DNA of 64,000 nucleotides, from positions 18,414,001-18,478,000 of the forward strand of contig OX597843.1 of the NCBI GenBank assembly GCA_951406725.2, read 5' to 3'. Shown here piece by piece: positions 1 to 15,263 of this stretch. The notes beneath the pieces were generated by a model. It ran no database searches. It had not been told where the DNA came from and saw only the letters and a program-made list of their open reading frames with translations. Within the stretch, counting starts at the first letter, position 1. Each line of letters begins with the position of its first letter. A program made the position numbers and the translations under genes. Origin of the DNA: Octopus vulgaris (lineage: Eukaryota).

Positions 1-1544
<1,544 letters not shown>

Positions 1545-1546
<2 letters not shown>

Positions 1547-1735
1547 GCACACCGGGTGAAATGCTTATTGGTATTTCGTCTGTGTTCACGTTATGAGTTC
1601 AAATGCCACCGAGGTCGACTTTGTCTTTCATCCTTTCAGCGTCGATTAAATAAGTACCAGTTACGCACCGGGGTCGATCAAATCGACTTAGTCCCTTCCC
1701 CCAAATTTGAGGACTTGTGCTTCCGCTAGAAAGAA
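1545..1735 (+). mobile_element. tRNA-derived SINE, family B (5'-truncated)
   Basis: Core GAGTTCAAAT.CC.CCGAGGTCGACTTTG.CTTTCATCCTTTC...TAAGTACCAGTT shared with copies at 15.3, 16.7, 36.2, 46.0, 56.6 and 62.2 kb. Confidence 0.8.
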
Positions 1736-1789
1736 TTATTATTATTATTATTGTTATCATTATTATTATGTTTATTATTGGGTGAAAGA

Positions 1790-2840
1790 CCAGCGCATGC
1801 CACCAAAATGACACTAGGGTAAAATATAGGAAGCCCAATATACCCATCATGACTCCCTGTCTGATAAGGGTATACCAGGTATATGCATCACGACCACATG
1901 TGCGCAACATGGTAATCTTATATCAAGATAAACAGTGCATGATCTTGCAGGTGGAGCCCAGTTAGAATTTTCTTCAGGCTCAGTAGCCCATCCTTTTCAA
2001 ACGGTCCCCGAATTAGGTTTGTTTAAGGATGATGAACAAAACACACGTATTTCCAAAGGTGAATTATTAAAATCTTAAGGAATTCCACTCAACACATGGC
2101 TATGATGCTTCCCCACTATTTCTGCTCGTGATCAGAGACATTCCCATCTGGTTAAGGTCAAACAACTGACAAGCAAATCTGTGATAATGAGCAGAATATT
2201 TGCTGTGGCCCATCTTTTATACCAAGATAAAACAATATACATGATAACACTTCTAATCAGTTAAGATCAAAAGTCATGAGAGCCACAACCTGGTACTGCA
2301 TCAGAGCATGCCATCAAAGTGACACTGGGGTAAAAATATACCAAGCCCAGTATACCCATCATGACTACCCGTCTGATAAGGGTACACCAGGCACATGCAT
2401 CACAACCATATGTGCGCGACATGGTGATCTCATATCAATATAAACAGCACATGACCTTGCAGGTGGGGCCCAGTTAGAATTTTCTTCTGGTCGAGTAACC
2501 CATCCCGCTCAAAAGGTCCCTGAATAAGGGTTGTTTAAGGATGTTGAACGAAACACCCATGTTTCCAGAGGTGAATTATTCAAACCCCAAAGAATCCCTC
2601 TCAACACATGGCTATGATGCTCCCCCAGATGCTCGTGATCAGAGATGCACATATCGTCAGCCACTAAGGGACATGCTCAACTGGTTACGGTCAAACAACT
2701 GACCAGCAAATCTGTGGTATTGAGCAGAATATTTTCTGTAGCCTATCTTTTATACCAAGACAAAACAATGTACATGATAACACTTCCAATCAGTTAAGAC
2801 AAGAAGCCAGGAGAGCCACTGCCTTGTACTGCATCAGGGC

Positions 2841-2842
<2 letters not shown>
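1790..2842 (-). mobile_element. Tandem dimer of a ~530-bp non-coding interspersed element flanked by (AAT)n
   Basis: 1790-2310 and 2310-2842 are direct copies; the reverse complement matches 53592-54148. Confidence 0.85.
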
Positions 2843-2907
<65 letters not shown>

Positions 2908-2928
2908 ATTATTATTATTATCATCATT

Positions 2929-2960
<32 letters not shown>

Positions 2961-3565
2961 ATTTTTGTTGATGTTGTTGCTGTTGTTCTTGCTGTTGCTC
3001 TTTTTTGAAAAACACTGAAAATATTCAAACTGATATATCAAAATTGAATATTAATTTCCCCCTTCTTAATTAAGTTTATTAATATACATGTCTGTGCCGC
3101 TCAAGCAATAAATTGTACAACACTGTAATCTCTCAGTTTCTGCGCTGGTACGTCTCTAGTTTTAAAACCAGTTGCTACATAGAATAAACACGACCTTCTT
3201 AGCGCCAAAACCGCCCGTCTAAATGAGTTTTCTCAGATAGAGCGGCGCAAGAGCCCTACCACCAAATTCCCGACACTAAAATCTCCCTAAACTACGATAA
3301 AATAGAATCGTTTCAAGTCGCTAGTAATCTTATTTAAAGGTAATTTATTATTCAATATCTAAGCTAAAAGTGAATAGAACCTTAATGCTTCCACTTTCTA
3401 CTAGAAACCATTTCGCATTATTGATGTTATTAACAACACTTAGTAAAATGAATGTCATGACGTTTATAAACCTGCTCAAATTTTATAATCTTTGTTTCTT
3501 GTCAAATCACATAGGAATTTCTCTGTTGATCTGAAAGGTATTCAGAGTTCTCTTTATTATTACAG

Positions 3566-3720
3566 TTACCTCCCAGACAATAACCTGAGGTGTGGATGTC
3601 ACTTGCCAGCCTTCGTAAATTATATTAAAAAAGTCTATAACAGAACTGTGGCTGTCTCTGGCACGTGTCTTGAAGGCTCGGGGAAACGAATACCTATACT
3701 GGATTATTTGCAATGTCAAA
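3566..3720 (+). CDS. Gene 1 exon A: LRR C-terminal cap (LRRCT)
   Basis: tattacag|T TAC...CAA A|gttagt; YLPDNNLRCGCHLPAFVNYIKKVYNRTVAVSGTCLEGSGKRIPILDYLQCQ shows the N-x-x-x-C-x-C...C...C LRRCT pattern; phase 2 in, phase 1 out. Confidence 0.85.
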
Positions 3721-4186
3721 GTTAGTAAAATTCTCGTTTCTTCTTTTCTTTTATTATTAACACTAAGAAAATCCGGGTTATTCTCTGAAGCTTACAATAT
3801 AACGTCTTATGAAACGGAAACTATAGATAAAGATATGAGGAATAAACGTTTTACCATTCGCACGCTTTTCATTCACATCTTCGCTCTAAAGAGCTTAAAG
3901 ATTCAACTGTCTCACACAAACCATCAACGGCACACACGGGCGCGCGCGCATATACACATACACAAACATTCACAACAGTGCACACATGAAAATACGCTCA
4001 CATATACACACATATGCACACAGACATACTCTTCAAACATACATTCTCACTCATAACTACAAAAAAAATGTTATTGAAGCGGTAACGAATGACAAAAAGT
4101 TTCTACCAACCATAACTGGTTGATAGGTTAACCAAACGGTTAATCACACATTCATTTAGTTAATTCGTTAACAAATTGTTAACAAA

Positions 4187-4526
4187 GGCGCAGGAGTGGC
4201 TGTGTGGTAAGTAGCTTGCTTACCAACAACATGGTTCCGGGTTCAGTCCCACTGCGTGGCATCTTGGGCAAGTGTCTTCTGCTATAGCCCCGGGCCGACC
4301 AATACCTTGTGAGTGGATTTGGTAGACGGAAACTGAAAGAAGCCCGTCGTATATATGTATATAGGTGCTGGAGTGGCCGTGTGGTAAGTAGCTTGTCTAC
4401 CAACAACATGGTTCCGGGTTCAGTCCCACTGCGTGGCATCTTGGGCAAGTGTCTTCTGCTATAGCCCCGGGCCCACCAATACCTTGTGAGTGGATTTGGT
4501 AGACGGAAACTGAAAGAAGCCTGTCG

Positions 4527-4583
<57 letters not shown>

Positions 4584-4810
4584 ATATTTGTTTGTGTGTC
4601 TGTGTTTGTCCCCCTAGCATTGCTTGACAACCGATGCTGGTGTGTTTATGTCTCCGTCACTTAGCGGTGCGGCAAAAGAGACCGATAGAATAAGTACTGG
4701 GCTTACAAAGAATAAATCCTGGGGTCGATCTTGTCGACTAAAGGCGGTGCTCCAGCATGCCTGCAGTCAAATGACTGAAACAAGTAAAAGAGAGAAAAGA
4801 GAAAGAGAGA
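4187..4810 (+). mobile_element. tRNA-derived SINE, family A: an extra 5' half (4187-4349) followed by a full copy (4364-4810)
   Basis: GGCGCAGGAGTGGCTGTGTGGTAAG (A-box-like), GGTTCAGTCCC (B-box-like), internal (TA)n, AAGAG-type tail; near-identical to 54879 and 60507/60732. Confidence 0.9.
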
Positions 4811-5029
4811 AAAGTGACGAATATTAAAGTGACATAGAACCAGTACGTGTGTTTATCATTGGTATAATGACCCTCCCGAGATACTAAAAATGCTCCAGCA
4901 TTCGATCAGCAGAAGAGGAAAACGTGGTAACAAAACCAAACACACTGTCTTCAGTTTGGTTTTCGTGCCCATCCTTATCTGTGGTCATGAATATTGGGTA
5001 ACGACCAAAAAGTGTATTTTTTACAGGTG

Positions 5030-5640
5030 CCATTATGTTACAGATGCCATTAGGTTACAGGTGTCATTAAAGTATAATCAAAGAACATTACAGCTAATTA
5101 ATAAAATTTTGACCTTAGAAATCTATGCATTCAACAAAACATTGGCCCACGACGTGTTTGCTATGCAACTACTCATACTAACATTTGGGCTGTTTTATTG
5201 GACACTTGATGAGATCCGAACTGTTTATGTGAAAACCCGGAAAACACTGACAAGTACACATAATATCCACATAAACGGTGATGTAGACCCCCTCTCCCTA
5301 AAACGAAAACAAGGCGGCAGGGGCTTAACATCGATGCCAAATGCCTTTGAATGTCGTATCATATCCTTTCGGTAACATCTTATAACCACAAATGTCGAAG
5401 TGCATCCCTTGACCAAGTTTGCATAATTCATATGATTTGGAAGGCTGCTCCTTGAGCAACATTCCTTATCTGATAACATAGACTACATGCTCAAAGAAGT
5501 CGCACGATTCTACCGCAACGTATCATTAGATGAACGGATGAGTATCTATGAACAGAAGATTATGCATGGATATGTTGGTAGAAAGTTCCGAAATGATGGT
5601 AACATTGATGTTGTTGAAATTCCAATGAAGGAGCCGTAGA
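5030..5640 (+). mobile_element. Degenerate R4/Dong-type LINE RT fragment
   Basis: TRKTLTSTHNIHINGDVDPLSLKRKQGGRGL parallels the HPKADIERLY...GGRGL motif of the element at 1-1285. Confidence 0.65.
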
Positions 5641-5867
5641 TGTAGGATAGAAACTCTCTCTTTCAGTATTGCCAAGAAATCTTGAAATAACAGTGAATAA
5701 TGACATATATACATACATAATACGTACATGCATTATTATGGCTGCCCCCTCGTTACCGAGTATGGCCATTGCACGAAGCTTAACTGTTACTGGTGCTGTG
5801 ATCGAATGTGACTTTTTAGCCCAACTAAATATCTATAATGTCTTTTACAGGATTGGCAACAAAAACC

Positions 5868-5899
<32 letters not shown>

Positions 5900-6438
5900 C
5901 ATACATACATACATACATACATACATACATACATACACACATAAACGTATATATATTGGAAGAAGCACCATATTAGTGATCATATTTTTTATTGTTTATA
6001 CAAATATTGTTTTGCTCACTTCACATATTATGGCCTTCTTCACATTCTATATGACATTGCAACATAACTTAAATGAGATTCTCAGATATTATGAGGGAGT
6101 TCCCACTGCAACAATGCTTGCAACTTTAGAATTTCATCCCTTTATTTGACTTATTCAACGATTTTCACATATTTGTTACATCAGAATACTAAAAGGAGAA
6201 CAAGTGGCTTTCATGCTTCTCTCAGTTGAATTTGTGACATTATTGAAACATTTCCAAATGAACATAAAAATAGGTTTATAGTCTTTGTTAATAATTTGCT
6301 TTATATGTCTAACATGTATTGATTTCAATACTAACACGTACACATTTTTTTTTTACATCAGAAAGAAAATATTTCTTGTTATTGCTGTGCATTGCATTAT
6401 TTGGTTCATAAATACAGATATTTACTTGTATTCTGTAG

Positions 6439-6530
6439 ATTACTCGTTATTTCAACGGAATTTACAGTGTCAAACATGTACAGGAATGAAATGTACTGAT
6501 TTAGAAGTGACAAGCTGTCCAGGAGCAGAG
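6439..6530 (+). CDS. Gene 1 exon B: first half of Ly6/uPAR (LU, three-finger) domain
   Basis: ctgtag|AT TAC...GCA GAG|gtaaac; (N)YSLFQRNLQCQTCTGMKCTDLEVTSCPGAE; phase 1 in (matches exon A), phase 0 out. Confidence 0.88.
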
Positions 6531-8484
6531 GTAAACTGGAATATTACTTTCTTCCTTTTCGTTAAAATATATCCACCACCGTCACTCGAAAGCCATTAAG
6601 ACCATGCAGACTGTACTATACATTCACTAGTTTTTTTATGTGCCTGCGTAGACATACACACCCTATCGGTCTTCTTATTCATGACTCAATGGGACAACAA
6701 GGATGTAACAATTGAAGAGAGAAATAGATGAACATCACTAGGTTGGGACACATTTCACTTGATTAGACTGGGACAAAGTGGATTGAAGTGCCTTGTTCAA
6801 GGACACAACGTTCTACCCTGTCCAGGAATCCCTATTCAAGAAACGAACGCACGAACTTAGAACGACCTTTCTCCGATAAACATGGCTGTCCTTAGAGTAG
6901 GATGCATGAATGTATGTGGCCAGAAGTCAACTTGGGATCAAGATTCCTTGTCGAATGACCTCGGGTCACTAACCTTAGAGGGGTAACTGGAAGTCGATCC
7001 TGGCCCTACTAGCTCACAAACATTACAGGGAGCGGATTGAATAAGTTAAGAAGCAAATGACAGTTTTCCATAGCAAAAGAGGTTGTTTGATATTCGAGGT
7101 TATGAAATATTCGAAACAGATTAAATCTTCTCTCACATCAAGTAGTACAATAAGCTCTCCAGAACATAATAGGTAGGGGTCACATTGTTTCACAGAAAGG
7201 TAAAACCTATACCTTTAAAACGCAGCTAAAACACAAATTAAAATTGTCAGGCATATCTCTGAATACACAGTTGTACATTTGTGAAAGAAACACAAGAGAA
7301 ACAATAAAAGACACCGGTAATGTCACAGATCAATGCTTCACATTAACCGATCTACGAGAATATAGGAGAATAGAACGTGAAATAAGAGCATGGCTGCATT
7401 CTGGTGTCTGTTTTATTGTCTGTTCTGATCTCAGACCTTTCTGTTTTCTTGAAGCTGAGTTAGTTTATTTAATGATTCATTCATTTGCAATCACCGACTC
7501 CATTGGCTCTTTTGAAGACGCCAGCCTACCGATAATATCATTGGTTATTTCTTCGTGACATCCTCACTCAGTTTGGGAGATCCAATTTTCTTTCTAAAAA
7601 TTTTCCGAGATTGGAAGAAACGAGTATCAATTTCAAACTAAGGCAATGCAAATCTTATTCCTAACTTCAATATCTACATTTTCATTGCTTTTATTTATTG
7701 TTAGGTGTTTGCGATTATTAGTTGCGTTTTCGTGATGGATTCTTTTCTTTAAATATTCTTCTCCATTTCTGATTTTTTCCGTTTTCAGAATGTCCCTCAT
7801 TAAGTTAACAAGACCTTGCTTGTTTTCTCTCCAAATTTTATACTAGTATATCGTATTTTCATATAAAATATACTTGCAAAATAAAACGAAGTTTCTCTTG
7901 TCTTCATTTTATGTACTTACTGTTTCATTTGCTTCGACTGAGGAGTTCAATCTGACAATTTTATTTCATTATCATCTTTGGGTAAAGACATATTAGTTTC
8001 TCTTGTGGATGAGTTTTGTACGCATGATTTTTCGTAAATTCTTTATGAAAAATTCCTCTTGCGCATTCCTCCAGTAAGAAGAAATTTTAGCGAATTGATA
8101 CATCTTTATTAGGATAATTTGATCTATTTTAAGTTTGGCGACGGGTGACAGTGCGATGCGGCTTTGCTATAGACGATGATTCGATGGCCATATCTACTTG
8201 TGATCAGAGAGCTTTGGACACTGAAAGCATTTAAAGGATTATTTTTTACTGCTAAATAGCAATAAACTTTACGGATTTTTACATATGTTGTTAACGATCA
8301 ACAATTCAGCAACTCTTTGACGGTTTCATTTATTGCTTTTGGATATTTGGAAGCAATGATTAAACTTAATTGCATGGTAAACATCCCCAGTAGTGTTGTT
8401 TCTGTTGTTGTTGCTGTAATTAGCAGTAATCGTACTAATAAATATTTTGGTTGTAGTGTATAATTTTCATATCTATTATTACAG

Positions 8485-8668
8485 CCAGTATGCCGATTCG
8501 CAATATCAATGAACGGTGTTACAATGAAGACTGAAAGGTCCTGCAGCACATACAGAAAATGTGTTGAATCTATGAGAAACAATACCCTTACATGCAATAA
8601 ACGGACGAATAGCATGTCTTGTACTGGTTGTTGCGTCGGACACTTATGTAACAAGAATGATTTCATTG
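8485..8668 (+). CDS. Gene 1 exon C: second half of LU domain
   Basis: attacag|CCA...ATT G|gtaagt; PVCRFAISMNGVTMKTERSCSTYRKCVESMRNNTLTCNKRTNSMSCTGCCVGHLCNKNDFI ends in the CCxxxxCN LU signature. Confidence 0.9.
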
Positions 8669-8781
8669 GTAAGTGTTATTTATTGTCTAATATAACACCA
8701 ACAAGTTTATTACAAATTGATAGTTAATAAGAACATTTTATAGTAATTAATATACGGGAAAATATTTTGATGTGTGTATGC

Positions 8782-8815
<34 letters not shown>

Positions 8816-8904
8816 GTGTGTATATATATATTGTTTGCAATGTTCTCTCTCCCTCTCTCCCTCCCCCCTCTCTCTCTCTCTCTAACACACACACACACAC
8901 ACAC

Positions 8905-9200
8905 AGATGGAATCAAACAGCACGACATGAAGGAAAAGAGCAAAAGAGAGCACGTTTGGCGAGTGAGCAAAATATTGGTTTGAAAGCTAAACACCAGAAA
9001 CATAATTTCGTCGATAAACTCGCACGCAGTCGCAGTAGTTCGGAATGACGCTGGAAAACTGAAGTGGACAGAGGAGAAGCTAAAGGAGATGGACAGGAGG
9101 TCAAGAAAGGTCCTAATGATGTATGGACCCAATCATCCACGTGCAGACATTGATAGCCGATACATGAAGAGAGCGACAAGAAGAAAGGGATTGATAAGTG
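8905..9200 (+). mobile_element. Degenerate R4/Dong-type RT fragment in intron (partial copy at 17095-17270)
   Basis: GIKQHDMKEK...INSHAVAVV...WTEEKLKEMDRRSRKVLMMYGPNHPRADIDSRY, with an in-frame stop. Confidence 0.7.
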
Positions 9201-9487
9201 TATATATATATATATATATAATAATTATTATTTGAGGGAATAAAATCCAAATTTACGAGGAAAAATTCAATTTAGAAATACTAAATCAAATTTCACACAA
9301 TATAATATATAAATAAAAAATTAGAAAAAAAACACCTTTTATCAATTCAAAATGAACAATTAAATTACACCCTCTAGAAAATTACATATAATAGAAATAT
9401 TAAAAGTAAAATAACAATAATATACCGATGATTAAGTAAATTGCAAAAAAAAAAAATAATAAAAACGTATATAATAGGTAGAATAAG

Positions 9488-9524
<37 letters not shown>

Positions 9525-9746
9525 CAATATAGGGTGGCAAAAAATTTCGCAGAATTTTTTGCCACCAGCGGCCTAGTGGGAAAATATTAAATAGTCATAG
9601 ACCATTTATAAATTCAACAGCAAAATCAAGGGTAAATGTTTTTTTAATTTTCTCCTGGTTTACGGAATTAATGTTGTTTTGCGGTTGAAGCCTTGGCTGT
9701 TATTTCTAGTGGGTGAATGGCCTATTATGGCCGTTCCTTGATTTTG

Positions 9747-9803
<57 letters not shown>

Positions 9804-10166
9804 TCCGGGTGAATACTTGATAAATGTAAGCACCTGTATAGGTGATAGGAAATATGCATCGAAAGAAAAACAGGACGCAAAGGATATTGCGGTACATATG
9901 TTTCGGTCTTTATTGAACAACTTATTCTTATATCAATGCATAATTGATATAACAGATAGATCAAAAGACTTCTTCAGCCGCGTACAATTACCACACCAAA
10001 GACATGTCTCTAGTGTGATATAATATAATATAATATATATATAGTATTTTTGAGTGTATGTGTGATTATGAAAGTATATTTTTATCCACGTATGTGGGTT
10101 TCATGTGCATCTATGACATGTGTCTCATTTATAAATGCAGCGATTATTTTCTATATCAATCCATAG

Positions 10167-10249
10167 GCCGGACCAAATCCTTCGTATTTCGTTTGATTTT
10201 TAAAAAGTTCAACGAATATAAAATCCTTGCTGAGAACATATCAAGAGCC
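10167..10249 (+). CDS. Gene 1 exon D: SEA-like domain part 1
   Basis: ccatag|GC CGG...AGA GCC|gtgagt; GRTKSFVFRLIFKKFNEYKILAENISRA; phase 1 in, phase 0 out; conserved in the duplicate at 17551. Confidence 0.82.
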
Positions 10250-10650
10250 GTGAGTAGATATCTGCCCTCTCTCTCTTTTTCTCCGTACACAGACGCGCGT
10301 GCGCGCACACATGCATACACATACACACACTCACGCACACATACACACACACACACTCACGCACACATACACACACATGCATATATTATAGAAGAAATGT
10401 GAAACGTCAAATATATATTGAGGTTTCATGAAATTCAGACAATCAACTCCATTTACTGAGAGCAAACTATTACATAAAACTTTCTTCTTTAACTTACTGA
10501 ATTTTTACAGTCATTAAAAAGACTGTTCTATCCACTATTTTGTCTTTATATATTCCGTGATATAATTTCCGATTCTGACAGTAAATAAAATCCTACTCAA
10601 ATATTCACTGATCTTGTGTTTACACACACACACACACACACACACTCACA

Positions 10651-10687
<37 letters not shown>

Positions 10688-11227
10688 ACACACGCACACA
10701 CAAGAACATATGTAATCACACACTTCCTTTTGGTAATATTTTTCTTCTCTCAACATTTTCGTTTTCCTTTCTGACAAGAGATATGCTCGGAACATTAAAA
10801 TCCCTCTCATTTCCCCCACTTTACCGAGTGTCAAGCTAATATATTTATATATAATTATACTCTGAAACGCAGAATAATGCTAATAGCATAGTATGAATAG
10901 GATAAACTATTCACCTGTTGCCGAAAACTCTTTCGGCAGCCAGATAACGCGTCTTATAAAGCTAGATGTATATATAGCCTAAATTTGCAGAAGTATTTGT
11001 CGTTCGCACAGTTCAGCTTAATGGTAAAGCACTTAAAGCGTAATCACAGGGGTGTGAGTTGTAGTCATATAGCTGGCCGCCGACAGACTTTTCTGCAAAT
11101 TATGGATATTTCATCCGGTTCATGTTATATCATTAGCATTATCCTGCGTTTGAGAATAAAATTATTTCTTTATCTATTTTTCAATACATCTCAACGCTTT
11201 TAAATCAAACTTTGTTTCTTGAATTTA

Positions 11228-11273
<46 letters not shown>

Positions 11274-11286
11274 CCGGCTTTTGCAG

Positions 11287-11339
11287 ATGGAGCGTGACCT
11301 TTCAACCGTTACGGGAACATTCAGAGTTGAAGACTGTGG
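11287..11339 (+). CDS. Gene 1 exon E: SEA-like domain part 2
   Basis: ttttgcag|ATG...TGT GG|gtaagc; MERDLSTVTGTFRVEDCG; phase 0 in, phase 2 out, exactly bridging exons D and F. Confidence 0.82.
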
Positions 11340-11560
11340 GTAAGCAAATACTAGCACATTTATTCAAATTTATTTCCTTTTGTTCCAAACATTCGATTTT
11401 ATCGCATGTATTATACGTCACAATAATCAACAGTGACCCACAATATACTAATTCATATATTCAAGGAAATGTTTAAGTGTTTATCAATGTTTTATTATAC
11501 AAAAGACAAACAAACCCATATAAAGATACAGAGAGAACTATATATATACTTGTATATATG

Positions 11561-11651
<91 letters not shown>

Positions 11652-11694
11652 GTATATATATATATATACATATATATATACATGTATATATATA

Positions 11695-11753
<59 letters not shown>

Positions 11754-11759
11754 ACACAT

Positions 11760-11802
<43 letters not shown>

Positions 11803-12513
11803 CGCGTTGAGTCGAAACAGGGACAGCTGAAAAAGGCGAATGTTCCTTGTATTGTTTGTCTTGTACTCTGTTTTTTCGTTGTTAAAAATGTCCGTTTCCT
11901 TGTTTTGTTCTTATGTTTTCGTTTCTCGTTGTGTTCTACGTTTATTTGTGGTGTCCTGTACTCATATATGCCTGTGTATATACATATAGATGTAGGTATG
12001 TACATATATGTATGTATGCATATGTTTCATTTACTAAATTGTTGTATATATATGTGTATATATATATATACATACATATACATACACACATATATATACA
12101 CACATATATATACACACACATATATGGGTGTCTATATATATAAATTGAGGTGGCCATCGGCAATTTGAAACCAACAAGGAAATAATTTACAGTCACTAAG
12201 TGTGAAAAGAGTGCATTGTTAGAAATATTAGTCATAGACTCCTTAGCCACAAAAAGACATATGGTCTCTTTGCATTGAAAGTGGGGATAACATTCTCCAC
12301 CGTAAGCGAGATGGATTAGATTAGCATGGTAATTTCTTATAGGAAGTTAATACTCATCAGCAATGCTCACTCCATTACGGCTGGTGGAGGCTAACTCCCG
12401 CCTGTCAGTATCACTGAGAATGCCATAAGAATGAGTGATTGATTTCACAAAATGGCAATGTGAAGATTATAAAATATTTAAGGTTGCTAACACGCAATTT
12501 AAAACCAACGAGG

Positions 12514-12600
<87 letters not shown>

Positions 12601-13210
12601 TATATAAAGTGAATACAAAAATTTATACATTGATAGAAGACCATCATGTGGATTTCTTAGTGGACGAATATCTTCTTAAGGCCAACTTTTAATCACCCGC
12701 GAGTAGTTCTAGCCTTCTTCACTAATTCTGTTCTCAACCATACTGAATGCGGTTATTTTAGCTGTGATGATCCAATCCTAAGCTATATTTGAATATAGTG
12801 ATAGAAAACGATGTGAAAGACAGTGGTGATGGTGGTGGAGGGGAACGTGATGAAAAGTATTGATGGTGATGGCGTCAGAAGTCTGGATGGCGTGTGTATG
12901 GCAGATATGGTGGCGATGGTGGTGGTACTGTTGTTTAACATGTAGCTTTGCAATAAGATCCAAGTCGACAAATTATATCATTGCTTTGATAAAAATTGTT
13001 CATTGCTTGAAAAATATTGTTCAGGTTTCATGAAATTTAATATTTACTCATTGCATGGTGTCATTGTTGGGCTCAAGGTTCAATAGGGCGGCTTTTAAAC
13101 GAGCGTATATATATATATATATATATCAATGTATGTATATTTCTATCTATCTAGCTAGTTTCTACATACATACATACCGACATACATGTATGTATTTATT
13201 TTTATTTCAG

Positions 13211-13365
13211 CTCAGACAGAAGTAAAATATTTGCTATTTACTGTACAGTATTTAGCGAAATGACTGAAAGTCAACTGCGGCGCAATATCTCCGAAGTTTT
13301 GAACAAATCCCAGGCATTGCTTAACATAGGAGTTAGGCAAAGCCACATGAAATTCATTGACGAAA
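13211..13365 (+). CDS. Gene 1 exon F: SEA-like domain part 3
   Basis: tttcag|C TCA...GAA A|gtaagt; SDRSKIFAIYCTVFSEMTESQLRRNISEVLNKSQALLNIGVRQSHMKFIDE; phase 2 in, phase 1 out. Confidence 0.85.
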
Positions 13366-14240
13366 GTAAGTATTGTGTTTCTTTTTATTTTTGCCATCAT
13401 TACCGTCATAATTACCATCCTCTTCATCGTTGTCGTCATCATCAACCACAGTGGATGATACCATAGAACACGCACGCGTGCACATGGACACACACACACA
13501 CAGACTCCCCCCTCTCACACACAACTATTTATTTACATTTTCTCGAAGCTTGGATGATTTCAATAAATCAGCATTTTATTTTGCACTTCAGTTCTTGTTC
13601 AGTTTCTTTTTAATTATACTAATTAACCGAGGGCAAAAATGTTTTCTTATTTCGTATAGAAGTAGAAGAGGCAGACTCTGCTGGGCAGAACAATTCACAC
13701 AATTCCAGTACTTGCTTTAATTCAAACAGGAAAAATATTTAGTGTTGCAAATAATTTTCCTCAGCGAAAATTCATTTCGTACGAAGTGATCAAGTTAATT
13801 TTTACATTAGGATCGATAGATACACACAGCTTATACGCTTTAACCAATGTCTAAGAGATATACAAGAGGAACAAAGTATATCCCATTGCCGAACAATGTT
13901 ATATTTTCACTTCGTTTCCATTCATTTCATTTAACCACCGCCAAATCAATATAACATCTGCCTATTTATAGCATACATTAGGGTTTGTTCTTCCGGTCAG
14001 TATGTCTAAAGAGTGATCAATATATTGACGAAATGCAACAATAGTGGGGCGCGAAACAGACAAGCATTCTGACTAGTCATAACCCGTAACCAGTTATATA
14101 TTGCTTGAGAAAATATAAAAATATATATACATATACACATACCTCTATTTCGGGATGGCATTTTATTTATTATTTTTTAAGAATATATAAGTAAATATAT
14201 ATTTAGAAGCATACATACATACATACATACATACATACAT

Positions 14241-14280
<40 letters not shown>

Positions 14281-14498
14281 TAAATTAGAGATAAAACCAC
14301 TATTAGGCAAATCAAACAGTGAAAAACATAAACCAAAACATAAAAATAAAAATAATTAATATAATATACAAAATATATAAAATATAAAATATAAAATTTT
14401 AAATTTAAATTATTTAGATTTAAAATTAAAATTATTATTTTATATTAATAAATTTTTAATGAATTTTAATTTTTTTTTATTAAAAATTTTAATATAAG

Positions 14499-14531
<33 letters not shown>

Positions 14532-15061
14532 ATCTACAGGATATCAAGTAGTTATGCAGTTTCAAGCAGCTTAATTTAATTGAACAATAGAATCATTACA
14601 TCAATTTAAATGTAATGCCATCTTCAGCTGCATAAATAAAGAAGTAGAATTTTAATAAGTAGGACACTTTAATGTAATTTTTCTCAAATATTTTAACAGA
14701 GCAAAAGATAGAGAAATTCATGTTGTCGCTATTCTAGTTAAGAATAGACTACTCTTCAAAGAATTGCATCGAGCCTGTTTGGGGGTGGGGCATAGTGTTG
14801 TAAGGGATTGTAATTCATTTCTAAATCATTTATCTCTCTATAAACTACTAAATGAAAACGTAGAAATCTATTTTGAATATATGCTCTCCGTATATGTTTG
14901 CAACACTTCAGGTATCATTGTCCTCAAATCAGCCAGCAGGTCCAAACAATATATTTCCAATGTTAACTACTGCTGCTACTACTACTGCTACTACTGCTGC
15001 TACTACTACTACTACTACTACTACTGGCTTCTCTCATGTCCATATTTTCCTTATTTTTCAG

Positions 15062-15173
15062 TGTTTTGTGATGAAAGCACATCAACTAACGATGGAACTT
15101 TCTCTTGGCCAATGACAAAAATAGGAACTACTGCAGAGATCCCATGTCATGGAAATGTAGCCACAAGGCATTG
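15062..15173 (+). CDS. Gene 1 exon G: hormone-receptor motif (HRM/HormR) part 1
   Basis: tttttcag|TG TTT TGT...CAT TG|gttcgt; MFCDESTSTNDGTFSWPMTKIGTTAEIPCHGNVATRHC matches the C...WPxTxxGxxAxxPC...ATRxC pattern of adhesion-GPCR HRMs. Confidence 0.9.
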
Positions 15174-15263
15174 GTTCGTTTGTATTGATTTATTTCTACT
15201 CAAAGTTTGAAGTTTTCAGCGTCATCCTATTGTGAGAGAATGTTACTTGGTAGACTTACTTGA

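Noticed and set aside
4179-4630. Recurrent ORFs RHLPKMPRSGTEPGTM / DTCPRCHAVGLNPEPC (also at 54.7 kb and 60.4 kb)
   Set aside because: Antisense translations of SINE family A.
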